Sequence record: SRR2962707_1709
Reading direction: 5' to 3' (one strand)
Length of the DNA: 45,855 nt
This document shows, in pieces, positions 15,622-24,857 of the stretch. The position numbers were made by a program, and so were the translations under genes. The notes beneath the pieces are model-generated. The model searched no databases. It saw only the letters and a list, made by a program, of their open reading frames with translations, and was not told where the DNA came from. Within the stretch, counting starts at the first letter, position 1. Each line of letters starts with the position of its first letter.

Positions 15622-16650
15622 TTAACCCGGAGTGCCGTCGGCATTCTCCGCAGCTGCGGGTTTGCCATTTGCCACTGGCTGGGCTGCGCCCACCTGATCC
15701 CGTTCCTTCAGGATTCCGCTCAGGATCTCGTCCCGCGTGAACAGGAACGGACTGTCCAGCCCGAGTGCTGCAAAGATGAACGGATCGGCGGTCATGTAGG
15801 GATAGCGGACATTGTCCGGTGTCAAAGGCACCGGGAACCGGGAGTTGCCCGGATCGAGTATCTCGGCATTGGCGTCGATATTGGCGCATCCCAGCTGCGG
15901 ATGAAACCCGTAGCTCGACGTGGCGATGAATCTGAGATCGATATCCCGCTCTTGCGAGGGGAACGGTCGAAAATCCTTGATGATGTCGAAGGCTGGCCGC
16001 ATGTGGGCGTGCAGGATGGCGAGCACCGCTTCCGGCTCTGTGGCGATATCGCGCGAACGGTTGCCGAACCGCAGCAAAAGCAGATCGAACATGCTGATCG
16101 CGATTGCCACGCGTTCCAGGTTTTGAAACTCCGGCTTGCCGGCCCGTTCGAAAAAGTCTTCCACCTTGTCGATCAGCGCCTCGAAGCCTTCGTCGGTGCC
16201 GGCGTTCAGCACCGATATGACAAGAACTATTCCCTTGGCCTTGGAAAACCACTCATCGAGTTCTTTTGCTTTTTCTGCGTGTGGATTTGCCTTTCCGGCA
16301 ACTTCGCTGCTTGGAAAGGCGGCCTCTCCCGGCGCGTCGCGGACGTGAATGGTGAATTGCTTGTTCTCAAGCGCGCCCGCTGGCTGAAGCCCGTCCTCGG
16401 CCGGCAGGTCAAGTTCGAGGTCAAACCGGATGTCGGTGACGCTCTCTGTCGCTTCCGGCAGGTTTCGGTAGTAAGTTCTAAGTAGTTTTCGGTTAACCCT
16501 GTCGGTCTCAATGTTGATATTGTGCAGTTGACGGAAGCCGTGAAAGTTCAGCTCGACACATTTTGCAAAGTCGACAAACAAGTTTGTTTTGCCTGATCTG
16601 ACCGGTCCAGTCAGTCCGACATGAATTTCGTTGTTATCATTAACAGCCAA
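15622..16650 (-). CDS. TRAFAC-class GTPase, DO-GTPase2-like
   Basis: G1 GPVRSGKT, G2 PEAT, G3 DAPGE, degenerate G4 SMFD, G5-like FIATSSYG, C-terminal ADPFIF. TTG start preceded by AAGGGA RBS. Confidence 0.8.
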   Translation of the reverse strand: MAVNDNNEIHVGLTGPVRSGKTNLFVDFAKCVELNFHGFRQLHNINIETDRVNRKLLRTYYRNLPEATESVTDIRFDLELDLPAEDGLQPAGALENKQFTIHVRDAPGEAAFPSSEVAGKANPHAEKAKELDEWFSKAKGIVLVISVLNAGTDEGFEALIDKVEDFFERAGKPEFQNLERVAIAISMFDLLLLRFGNRSRDIATEPEAVLAILHAHMRPAFDIIKDFRPFPSQERDIDLRFIATSSYGFHPQLGCANIDANAEILDPGNSRFPVPLTPDNVRYPYMTADPFIFAALGLDSPFLFTRDEILSGILKERDQVGAAQPVANGKPAAAENADGTPG

Positions 16651-16729
16651 TTCAGCGTTCCCTTTTGCTGAATTTCATTATAAGTCTTGGAAACCAATAA
16701 ACCATTTGAATAGTACAGGAAAGAGTTCA

Positions 16730-19279
16730 ATGGGGTTTCGGGGTGGAGATTGCGAGAATATCTGGTTGGCCTGGGATGGCGAGGACCAGGCCGTGTTGGG
16801 GTATTTTGCGTCCAAGGGTGAGGAACTGGTCAAGCACCGCAAAGGTGCGATTGTTCTGTGCCACCTCAAACCGCACGCCTTTCGGGAAGGAAACCGCTCG
16901 GGAATTGTCGTCGACATCTTCTCGATTTCTCCCGGAGAAAACTTTCTCAGAACGCTCCGGCTGCCGCGTGGCACCCACTCCGTCGAGTTGCTGATTGACG
17001 ATGAACAGACGGCAAAGCCGCTCAAGGCTTTCGAGCTGGTAGGGGAGACCGAGGGGCCTGTGCCCAATGCCCGCTATGGCAACGTCGTCATCGCCCTTCC
17101 CGAAGAGGACGGCGACGATCCGGACGCCCGGTTCGTGTGGTCCGACAAGCGCATCCATCACGTCAAGAAGCCGCATGCCCACATCGGGTGGGCGGGTTAT
17201 TTCACCTCATGGCCGGTCCACGAAGACGACGACATGGGAAATGTGGTTGCCGTTACGAGTTTCCGTCTCGAGGTGCCGCATCTCGAAGATGCGCTGCAGA
17301 TCTTTCCGGTCGGCTATGACATCACCGAAGCTGAACTGGTGGCCAGGGATGACAACGCAACCGCAATCACCCGGGCGTCTGTCGAAAATGACCGGGTCCA
17401 GAATGCCGTACTGACCATTGAAGGCAGCCGGCCACTGTTGCACGGGCTCTATTTTCTGCATGTGTCGGCGCACCGGCAGCGGGCCAATGAATGGAGCGAT
17501 ATCATCGATATCGATCCCGGCACGTTCCAGTCGATCAGCGACAATCTGGTTGAGGCTTACCGCCAGCTGCTCTCCAGCACGGGCGACTGGAGTGAAGCCG
17601 AGGTTGGCGATGCAGGACAGAATCTCATCGAGATCCTCACCCAGGAGCACCGCTGGTTCGAGCTGTCGCAGCCGGATTATTTCGTCGATGTGTTCCCCAA
17701 TGAAAGCGGCGAGAAGGTCAAGCTTTCGGTCTACGAGATCTCGGCTGGAGACCACCTGGTTTTCTACGACACCATGGGGCGCAAGCTGCGCGCCGGCCAG
17801 CACCTGAGTTCCGACAGCATCATCGCTTTCAAGGCCAACACCACCGGGTTGCAGCTGCTGCGCGGCGTCTACACGTCGAGCCACAAGAAGATTGCGGAAA
17901 TCGATGCGCACCGGCCGGCCAAACGATCCTCGCTGTCCGAGCCGAATGATTTTGAATCGCTGCCTGCGTCTCTCAGCACCAAGCATGACTGGGTGGCCGC
18001 ACCCTATTCGCCTTTCGAATTCACGCCGCTGAAAGTCCACTCCGCCATCTTTTACGGGATGGGGTCTGAGGAGGGCACCTTTGCCTGGGACGCGTTCATC
18101 CGCGATCCGGCGCCCTGGTTGCTGGCCGACGCGATCAATCCGGATTTCTGGGCAGGCCAGGAAGAATTCAGGCCGGCGCGTGACGGCAATATTCTGTTCA
18201 GGGCTCTCAGTCTGCTCGACCGCGACCAGGCTTTCGTGGCGTTGCCGCAGCTTGAAGACCAGATTGTCGCCGCCTTCCTGATAACCCGTCTGGCCAGAAC
18301 CCCGGTCCTGCGGACATGCATCTACCGCATCAACGGTCTCAGCCCGGCCGGAGATGATCTGCCTGCGCTGGCTGAGCTGGTCAACCGCATTGATCAACGT
18401 CTTCGTGATGTGGAATTCAGGGAATGGCTGTCCTTCAGCCAGCCTGAAATGTTCGAGGCGCTGTGTGAACCCAACGGGGTATCCAGGCCCATTGAACGGG
18501 CGGATCTTGCGAAATTGTCCGAGGAATTGCAGATCGCGGGCGAAATCTTCGATGCGTTCCATGGCGCCTTGGGCGAATCCGCCAAGCGGCCAACAGCGAA
18601 TGTCACCGAAAACGGCCGCTGGCAGTCCCAGGGCGTCAGCGAAGAGGTGCTCGAAAACCTGATCGTCACCCTGACCGAATCCGACCTGGCACGAGACAAG
18701 GTGGCCGGCCAGCATTATGAATCACTGCTCGCCCAGTTTGGCCGCAACGCCTATTACAGAAGCCGGATAGCCTCCGACATCTACAAGCACTATCCGGATC
18801 TGCTGCCCAACGATTCCAAGAAACTGATGGAGTTCCTGCGTGGCCTGCTGACCGAATCCGGATGCAATTTCGACATGCGCAATTTTGATGAGAAGCTGGT
18901 CGGAAGCGTTGCCGAGAACATGCAGAATGTCGAAAACTGGCTTCTGCCCAATGCCATCAACATGCGCAAGATGGCGCAGGTCGAGCTCGACAATGCCTCG
19001 ATGAACACACCGACAGACGAGAAGAAGAAGGCGGCCATCATCGAATTTGCCGCCGCCCATGAAATGCAGAAAACCTGGGATGACATCTCCGATATCATCG
19101 TCCGGGCGGAAGAGGCCGGCATCAGGGTTCCGACCAAGCTTCGCCGTCTGCAGCTGCTCTGGCCGCGCGAAAGCTCAACCACGCTCAGTGAATTCCTGAC
19201 CTTCGAGCAAAAGCACAAACACGTTCTCGGCCAGAAGCTGAGTGAAACCTATGGCTATGACTCGGTGCTTTACGCCTGA
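16730..19279 (+). CDS. Hypothetical protein, ~849 aa (beta-rich N-half, helical C-half)
   Basis: Long ORF with typical codon usage. ATG 16730 with AGGAAAG RBS, divergent from the GTPase across an AT-rich ~80-bp spacer. No recognisable motif. Confidence 0.75.
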   Translation: MGFRGGDCENIWLAWDGEDQAVLGYFASKGEELVKHRKGAIVLCHLKPHAFREGNRSGIVVDIFSISPGENFLRTLRLPRGTHSVELLIDDEQTAKPLKAFELVGETEGPVPNARYGNVVIALPEEDGDDPDARFVWSDKRIHHVKKPHAHIGWAGYFTSWPVHEDDDMGNVVAVTSFRLEVPHLEDALQIFPVGYDITEAELVARDDNATAITRASVENDRVQNAVLTIEGSRPLLHGLYFLHVSAHRQRANEWSDIIDIDPGTFQSISDNLVEAYRQLLSSTGDWSEAEVGDAGQNLIEILTQEHRWFELSQPDYFVDVFPNESGEKVKLSVYEISAGDHLVFYDTMGRKLRAGQHLSSDSIIAFKANTTGLQLLRGVYTSSHKKIAEIDAHRPAKRSSLSEPNDFESLPASLSTKHDWVAAPYSPFEFTPLKVHSAIFYGMGSEEGTFAWDAFIRDPAPWLLADAINPDFWAGQEEFRPARDGNILFRALSLLDRDQAFVALPQLEDQIVAAFLITRLARTPVLRTCIYRINGLSPAGDDLPALAELVNRIDQRLRDVEFREWLSFSQPEMFEALCEPNGVSRPIERADLAKLSEELQIAGEIFDAFHGALGESAKRPTANVTENGRWQSQGVSEEVLENLIVTLTESDLARDKVAGQHYESLLAQFGRNAYYRSRIASDIYKHYPDLLPNDSKKLMEFLRGLLTESGCNFDMRNFDEKLVGSVAENMQNVENWLLPNAINMRKMAQVELDNASMNTPTDEKKKAAIIEFAAAHEMQKTWDDISDIIVRAEEAGIRVPTKLRRLQLLWPRESSTTLSEFLTFEQKHKHVLGQKLSETYGYDSVLYA

Positions 19280-19400
19280 GCCCTGTGTAGCGGCCCTGGG
19301 GCTGCGCTGCCCGGCGCTTGTGCGTGTCATCTCCATCGACGAGTGATGTTGTCCTGCCCGGATCAGCGGCTCCAACCGGATGGTCTGCCGGATCAGCGTC

Positions 19401-19634
19401 TCAGCCGCTTTTGCCAGGTGCCTGGCGGGAGCTGGCCACTGCTGCGGGATCCTCGAAATCGAGATTGCAGCAGATGCGGTAGGCTTCCAGTGCTTCTGCG
19501 TCGAGCTTGCCCAGCTGGTAGAAATACATCGCCGCGCCATAGCGGTGCCAGCCGGACTCGGGCGAGCCAAGAGGCAAGGACAACAGCTGGAGCTGTCGTT
19601 CCTCTTCCTCGGTTTCAGCTTTTATCGGCAGCAT
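19401..19634 (-). CDS. Small protein, 77 aa (RYGAAMYFYQ...LEAYRIC motif)
   Basis: ATG 19634 with GGAG RBS; co-oriented downstream of the gcvT-like gene; protein-like helical sequence. Confidence 0.65.
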   Translation of the reverse strand: MLPIKAETEEEERQLQLLSLPLGSPESGWHRYGAAMYFYQLGKLDAEALEAYRICCNLDFEDPAAVASSRQAPGKSG

Positions 19635-19754
19635 GGAGTGCGCTCCGGAATCACAGTGCCGCGCATCCGGTTGGATGCACAAGGGCCGCTGCGACAGCAT
19701 CAGATGATACATCTGTCCTGGCGTTCAAACGAGTCCATGTGAACGTGGCATGCA

Positions 19755-20960
19755 TCAAAAATCCGCCGGCGGGGTGGCGGTTCTCCGCGGATGCACGAAA
19801 AACGGCTTGTCGACCAGATGGCACCGGGCCATGCGGCGCTGCCATCTGATTTCCTTCTGCAGATAGATTTCCACCCAGAGGTCACTGGTGACTGACTGGC
19901 CATAGGGTGCGTCGAGCCAGGCATAGGCAATGTTGCGCTTGCAGGTTGGCGACCACAGGGCCGATGTCACCATGCCGACCTCGCGGGTCTTCTTGTGATA
20001 GACCAGCGCATGGTGGGCAGGCTTGTCACGCTCGATCTCGATCGCCACCAGTTTGCGAGCTGGTGTCTGTTTGGACAGATCGACAAGGGCGCGGCGGCCA
20101 TTGAAATGCGGCTTGTCGAGCGCCACCAGCCATTCAAGGCCGAGCTCATAGGGCGAACTGGCCCGGTCGGCTCTCAGAACGGTTTGAGCCGAGAGGAAAT
20201 CGGCTTTCGGCAACAGGAAGCCGGCTTCAATGCGCGCCATATCCAATGCGTCATAGCCGATGACTCGCAGGCCGCGAAGCTTGCCCGCGTCCATCAGCGC
20301 ATCCCAGACGGTGAGCGCATCAGCGGGCGCCATCCAGAGCTCATAGCCGAGATCGCCGGTGAAGCCGGTGCGCGAGATGGTGACTGCTGCGCCGCCGATA
20401 GCAAACTCGGCGATTCCGAACGGTTTGAGCGTTTCGATACCGGTCAGCCCCAGATCCTTGAGCAGCGCGCAACTGGTCGGGCCCTGCAGTGCCAGGCCGG
20501 CGATGTCGCGGGTGACGTCGCTGATGGAAACATCAAAGCCCCAGCCGATGTCATCCAGCCAGGACAGTTGCGGTTCCTGGCAGCAGAGCCGGAATTCGGT
20601 GTCTGACAGTCGGAAGACAGTACCGTCGTCTACGACCTGGCCGTCTTCGTCGCACCAGATGCAATAGGCGACACGGCCCGGTTTGAGCTTGCGAATGTCG
20701 CGGGTGACCAGCCGGTTGACCACGGCTTCTGCGTCCGGGCCGGTAATCGCGTATTTGCACATCGGCGAAATGTCGAACAGCGTCGACTGGTTGCGGATGG
20801 CGAAATACTCGAATTCGACGCTGTCGAGCACGGATGGGGAAGCGTAGCCCATCCAGTTCATCCAGGCCTGCTGGCGGTTATGGGCGACCAGACGGTCATG
20901 GAAGGGACCGGGTTCCAGACCCGAGACCACCTGTGCGATAGGTTTTGCTTTGGCTGTCAT
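19755..20960 (-). CDS. GcvT-like aminomethyltransferase (folate-binding) family protein
   Basis: EYFAIRNQSTLFDISPM, DEDGQVVDDG, LALQGP, SRTGFTGDLGYELW, ARIEAG, VTSALWSP. ATG 20960 directly follows the upstream stop. Confidence 0.9.
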   Translation of the reverse strand: MTAKAKPIAQVVSGLEPGPFHDRLVAHNRQQAWMNWMGYASPSVLDSVEFEYFAIRNQSTLFDISPMCKYAITGPDAEAVVNRLVTRDIRKLKPGRVAYCIWCDEDGQVVDDGTVFRLSDTEFRLCCQEPQLSWLDDIGWGFDVSISDVTRDIAGLALQGPTSCALLKDLGLTGIETLKPFGIAEFAIGGAAVTISRTGFTGDLGYELWMAPADALTVWDALMDAGKLRGLRVIGYDALDMARIEAGFLLPKADFLSAQTVLRADRASSPYELGLEWLVALDKPHFNGRRALVDLSKQTPARKLVAIEIERDKPAHHALVYHKKTREVGMVTSALWSPTCKRNIAYAWLDAPYGQSVTSDLWVEIYLQKEIRWQRRMARCHLVDKPFFVHPRRTATPPADF

Positions 20961-20961
20961 G

Positions 20962-22473
20962 TCACTTCCCCTGATCGCGCAAGGCGGCGCGGGCCGCGTT
21001 GAAGCCCGGCGCGCCGGAAATGTCGCCTCCGGGATGGGCGCCGGCACCACACAGATAAAGGCCTGATACCGGCATTCTGTATTGGGCCGCACCATCAAAC
21101 GGGCGCAGCATCAAAAGCTGGTCGACCCGCAACTCGCCATGATGCCAGTGCCCGCCGGCGGCACCATAGCCGGTTTCGATATCGACGGGCGACATCACAC
21201 GACTGGCTGTGACTGCAGAAGACAATCCCGGAAGGGCCTCTTCCAGAACGGCGAGAACCGAAGCTGAAAGTTTGGCCTTGGCATCGTCGGTCCAGCCGCC
21301 ATTCAGATCACAGGGCGTGAACTGGGCGCTGACACAAAGCCGGTTGGCGCTCGCGTCATAGCTGGCTTCCAGCACCGGTCGTTGCGGCAGGTCGCCATAT
21401 TTGGCGGCGTTGAAGGCAGTTTCGATGGCCTGCATCGTAGGCGCGATCACCTGCCGCTGGCCATTGGTGATCTTGCCGCCGCTGCGGAGCGAGGGCGTTT
21501 GGGCGAGGTCGAAATCCAGCCGGCTGACCATGCCCTTGGACGCCATGTTGCGGCAGCGCCGGACGAATTCGCCATCGAGATGCTCGACGCCCAGAAGCGT
21601 CATCAGCGTGGTCTTGGGGGAGGCATTGGACAGCACCAGGGGCGCCGTGATCTCGTCGCCAGATTGCAGCCGCACACCTACCGCCTTGTCCTGATCGACG
21701 AGGATTTTCTCCACCGGCGCGCCGGTGCGGATTTCGCCGCCGGCGGCCGTGACACATTCGCTCAGGGCCTTGACCAGAGCCTCCGGCCCACCTTCCGGCA
21801 TGACCCGCAGCCCGTGGCCATGCGTGGAGTGCGAAGCCATGCGGTAGAGCAATGTGAGAACCGTACCGGGTGAGCGCGGGCCCATGGCGCCGCCAAGCGT
21901 GGCGTCCATCGCCAGCGCACCGGCAAGAGGCCCATCGCCGATCTCATCGTTGAGCAGATCCCAGGCGTTGGACAGGATGATGCGCAACAGGTCGCGCATT
22001 TCTGTCTTGCCCAGTAGGCGCATTTTCAACCCCATGCGGCCAAGTGCAGCCATTTCACCGATGCTTGCCTTGCCGAGGCCCGGGGGAGGCTCAAGCATCA
22101 TCACGCCGAGTGCCTTGGCTTGCCGACCGAGGCGGGCGTGGAACGTGGCGTAGGCTTGGGCCATGTCTGTATCGACGCCGGTCACCCGACCGCCGAGAAT
22201 GGTCACAGGCGATCCGTCGGAACGGATCGAGACGGTCTCGAGGGGTGTCGATGTCCCCATCAACTGCGGGCTCAATCCCAGCGTCTTGATGATTTCCGGC
22301 CGCAGCGCGTAGGGCATCGGCGCCACGCGGAAGCTGGTGTCGCCGAGCATGCCGCCCAGATGATCGCGGGCTTCCAACACCAGAACCTTCTGGCCCTTGC
22401 GCGCCAGCATGGCTGCGGCAACGAGACCATTGTGGCCAGCGCCGATGATGATGGCGTCGTAGTGCGCGCTCAT
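20962..22473 (-). CDS. Phytoene dehydrogenase-like (PYROXD2-like) FAD oxidoreductase, subunit 2
   Basis: YDAIIIGAGHNGLVAA Rossmann motif; C-terminal GLYLCGAGAHPGGDISGAPGFNAA. ATG 22473 overlaps the upstream stop (ATGA). Confidence 0.88.
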   Translation of the reverse strand: MSAHYDAIIIGAGHNGLVAAAMLARKGQKVLVLEARDHLGGMLGDTSFRVAPMPYALRPEIIKTLGLSPQLMGTSTPLETVSIRSDGSPVTILGGRVTGVDTDMAQAYATFHARLGRQAKALGVMMLEPPPGLGKASIGEMAALGRMGLKMRLLGKTEMRDLLRIILSNAWDLLNDEIGDGPLAGALAMDATLGGAMGPRSPGTVLTLLYRMASHSTHGHGLRVMPEGGPEALVKALSECVTAAGGEIRTGAPVEKILVDQDKAVGVRLQSGDEITAPLVLSNASPKTTLMTLLGVEHLDGEFVRRCRNMASKGMVSRLDFDLAQTPSLRSGGKITNGQRQVIAPTMQAIETAFNAAKYGDLPQRPVLEASYDASANRLCVSAQFTPCDLNGGWTDDAKAKLSASVLAVLEEALPGLSSAVTASRVMSPVDIETGYGAAGGHWHHGELRVDQLLMLRPFDGAAQYRMPVSGLYLCGAGAHPGGDISGAPGFNAARAALRDQGK

Positions 22474-24074
22474 GCCGATAGCCCCATGTCGATCTTGTGG
22501 CCGAGGTCGCTCAGCACCTCGCGCGCCGCATTGGCGCCGGGCGCGCCCATCACGCCGCCGCCGGGATGGGTAGACGATCCGCACATGTAAAGCCCCTTGA
22601 TCGGCGAACGGTACTGCGCATAGCCAGGCACCGGACGGTTGAACAACAGCTGATCAAACGTCAGCTCGCCCTGGAAGATATTGCCTTCTGTGAGACCAAC
22701 CTGGTCCTCGATGTCTTTGGGCGTCCGGATCTCCTTGTGCACGATCAGCTTGCGGAAGTCCGGGCTGTGGCGCTCGATCTTGGAGATCACGGTTTCGGCG
22801 AAGGCCTCGCGATTGGCATCATCCCACTCGCCGTTCGCCAGCTGGTAGGGCGCGTATTGCACGAAAATGGTGGCGTAGTGCTTGCCGGGCGGGGCCATGG
22901 TCGGGTCGATCTGGGTCGGGATCAGGAAATCGACATAGGGACTTGCCGACCATTTTCCGTCCTTCCAGTCGTCATAGGCGCGTTCGATCTCGGCCATGTC
23001 ATCGAGAAAATGCAGATCGCCGCGCAGGAACGAGGCGTCCTTCGGCGCACCGGTGAAGCTCGGCATGCCGTCGAGCGCGACATTGAGCTTTCCCGAGGAG
23101 CCGCGGAAGCGGTAGCGCTTGACGCCCTTGACGAAATCCTGCGGCAGTTCCTTTTCAGCCGTGTGGTCGATGAAGGTGCGGCGCACATCCATGCCTGACA
23201 CAACCGTTTCAGCCTCAAGCTCATCACCATTCTCAAGCACCACGCCACGCACCTTGCCGTCGCGGACGGTGAAATGGTCGAGGCCTGAGCCGGTGCGGAT
23301 TTCGCCGCCCGAAGCCTCGAACGAACGTGCCATGGCCTGGGTGATCGAGCCCATGCCGCCGCGGGCAAAGCCCCATGCGCCGATCGCGCCATCGACTTCG
23401 CCCATGTAGTGATGCAGCAGCACGTAAGCCGTTCCGGGCGAGTACGGGCCGAGGCCGGTGCCGATGATGCCGGAGCCTGCGATATAGGCCTTGATCATCG
23501 GGGTTTCGAAATACTGGTCGAGATATTCGGCAATCGACATGGTCCAGAAGCGGACGGTTTCGGCCATCTCGCGCGCGCCGAGATTGTGAAACCGCTTGAG
23601 GATGTAAAGCAGCTCCGAGATGTCGCGCGGTTTGAGCGATGCCGGGTCGGGGGCTGTGCGCAACAGTAAAGGCTTGATGAATTTGCACTGGCGCATCACC
23701 GCGCGGGAGTAGCGTTCATAGCCATCGGCATCGCGCGGCGAATGGCGGATCAGCTCGCGGCGCAGCGCGTCATGGTCGGACATATAGGCGAAATATTCGC
23801 CCTTGGAATTGAACACCCCACCACCCTCATAGGGGATCACCTGCAGACCGTGCTTGGGCAATTCCAGCGCACGGATGATTTCGGGGCGCAGCAGCGAGCA
23901 GACATAGGAACAGTTGGAATAGGTCCAGCCGGGTGTCAGTGACAGGCTGACCGCAGCGCCGCCGACATGGTCTTCCTTCTCAACGATCACGGTCTTCAGC
24001 CCCGCCCGGGCCATGAAGCAGGCGGCGGTGAGGCCATTGTGTCCGGCGCCTACGATGATCGCGTCATATTTCAT
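22470..24074 (-). CDS. Phytoene dehydrogenase-like (PYROXD2-like) FAD oxidoreductase, subunit 1
   Basis: YDAIIVGAGHNGL, SYVCSLLRPEII, PGTAYVLLHHYMGE, GGMGSIT, GLYMCGSSTHPGGGVMGAPGANAA. ATG 24074 with AGAGG RBS. Confidence 0.9.
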   Translation of the reverse strand: MKYDAIIVGAGHNGLTAACFMARAGLKTVIVEKEDHVGGAAVSLSLTPGWTYSNCSYVCSLLRPEIIRALELPKHGLQVIPYEGGGVFNSKGEYFAYMSDHDALRRELIRHSPRDADGYERYSRAVMRQCKFIKPLLLRTAPDPASLKPRDISELLYILKRFHNLGAREMAETVRFWTMSIAEYLDQYFETPMIKAYIAGSGIIGTGLGPYSPGTAYVLLHHYMGEVDGAIGAWGFARGGMGSITQAMARSFEASGGEIRTGSGLDHFTVRDGKVRGVVLENGDELEAETVVSGMDVRRTFIDHTAEKELPQDFVKGVKRYRFRGSSGKLNVALDGMPSFTGAPKDASFLRGDLHFLDDMAEIERAYDDWKDGKWSASPYVDFLIPTQIDPTMAPPGKHYATIFVQYAPYQLANGEWDDANREAFAETVISKIERHSPDFRKLIVHKEIRTPKDIEDQVGLTEGNIFQGELTFDQLLFNRPVPGYAQYRSPIKGLYMCGSSTHPGGGVMGAPGANAAREVLSDLGHKIDMGLSA

Positions 24075-24109
24075 GATCGGCCTCTGGTTGAGAAAAACCA
24101 AGGCTAGAA

Positions 24110-24129
24110 TAAACTGAGCGTTCAGTCAA
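24110..24129. promoter_or_regulatory. Putative BetI/TetR-type operator
   Basis: TAAACTGAGCGTTCAGTCAA near-palindrome in the divergent spacer between the flavoprotein operon and the TetR gene. Confidence 0.65.
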
Positions 24130-24175
24130 AAAATTTGTTCTGTTATCTTTTCGGCCGGTACGTTAGAGATTCCGC

Positions 24176-24796
24176 ATGGCGCAACAAGCTGACGCACAAA
24201 AGGTTTCACCAACCAGCAGTCGTACCCAGGCACGGGTCATTGAGGCTGTGGTCGAGGTGGTGGCGCGCAACGGGATCAGCGGCACGACATTTGCCAATGT
24301 ATCGGCGGCGGCAGGGGTGTCGCAGGGCGTTCTTGTTTTCCATTTCAAGAACAAGGAAGGCCTGCTCACCGAGACCCTGTCGCGGATGCTGCAGGAATAC
24401 GGTGAGGCCTGGAGCGCGGCTATGGCTTCGCCTGATCCGCTTGAGCGCATCCTCGGGTTGATCCGTACAGACTTCAGCCCCGCCATCTGCAGCCGCACAA
24501 AGCTGGCGCTGTGGTTTTCGTTCTGGGGCGAGGCCGGCGCACAGCCGCTCTATAGCAAGATCTGCGTCAAGGCAGAGGTGGCTCGCTATGAGGCCATGCT
24601 CAGCAGCTGCCGGGCGCTGACCGATGCGTCCGGTGGTCCCGACCCGGTGCTGCTGACCAAATCGATCGATGCCTTTACCGACGGGCTTTGGCTGCAGATG
24701 CACTTGCAGGGGTTTCCGATTACCCGCAGCGAAGCGACCGAATCGGCCTTCGCGCATCTGCGTCTTTTGCTGCCGCATCACGCCGCTCAAATCTGA
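24176..24796 (+). CDS. TetR-family regulator, BetI-like
   Basis: HTH GISGTTFANVSAAAGVSQGVLVFHFKNKEGLL; BetI-type C-terminus LWFSFWGEA...DGLWL. Confidence 0.9.
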   Translation: MAQQADAQKVSPTSSRTQARVIEAVVEVVARNGISGTTFANVSAAAGVSQGVLVFHFKNKEGLLTETLSRMLQEYGEAWSAAMASPDPLERILGLIRTDFSPAICSRTKLALWFSFWGEAGAQPLYSKICVKAEVARYEAMLSSCRALTDASGGPDPVLLTKSIDAFTDGLWLQMHLQGFPITRSEATESAFAHLRLLLPHHAAQI

Positions 24797-24808
24797 ATTC
24801 ATCTCCGG

Positions 24809-24848
24809 TTGAAAGGTCGCCCTGAGGGGCTTGCGGGAGACCTTTCAA
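24809..24848. terminator. Stem-loop after the TetR gene
   Basis: TTGAAAGGTC...GACCTTTCAA inverted repeat with additional inner pairing. Confidence 0.5.
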
Positions 24849-24857
24849 AGTCTGCTA

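Noticed and set aside
17207-18715. 502-aa minus-strand ORF (and similar long antisense ORFs at 2483-3517, 25156-26493, 32394-33521)
   Set aside because: Fully overlap better-supported genes on the other strand and show no motifs.
19351-19400. Short direct repeat CCGGATCAGCG (two copies) at the junction between blocks
   Set aside because: Only 11 bp in GC-rich DNA, with no partner elsewhere that I could find; not supportable as an att site or array.
20962-24074. Carotenoid biosynthesis (crtI)
   Set aside because: No crtB/crtE nearby; motifs and the gcvT-like context fit the PYROXD2-like group.
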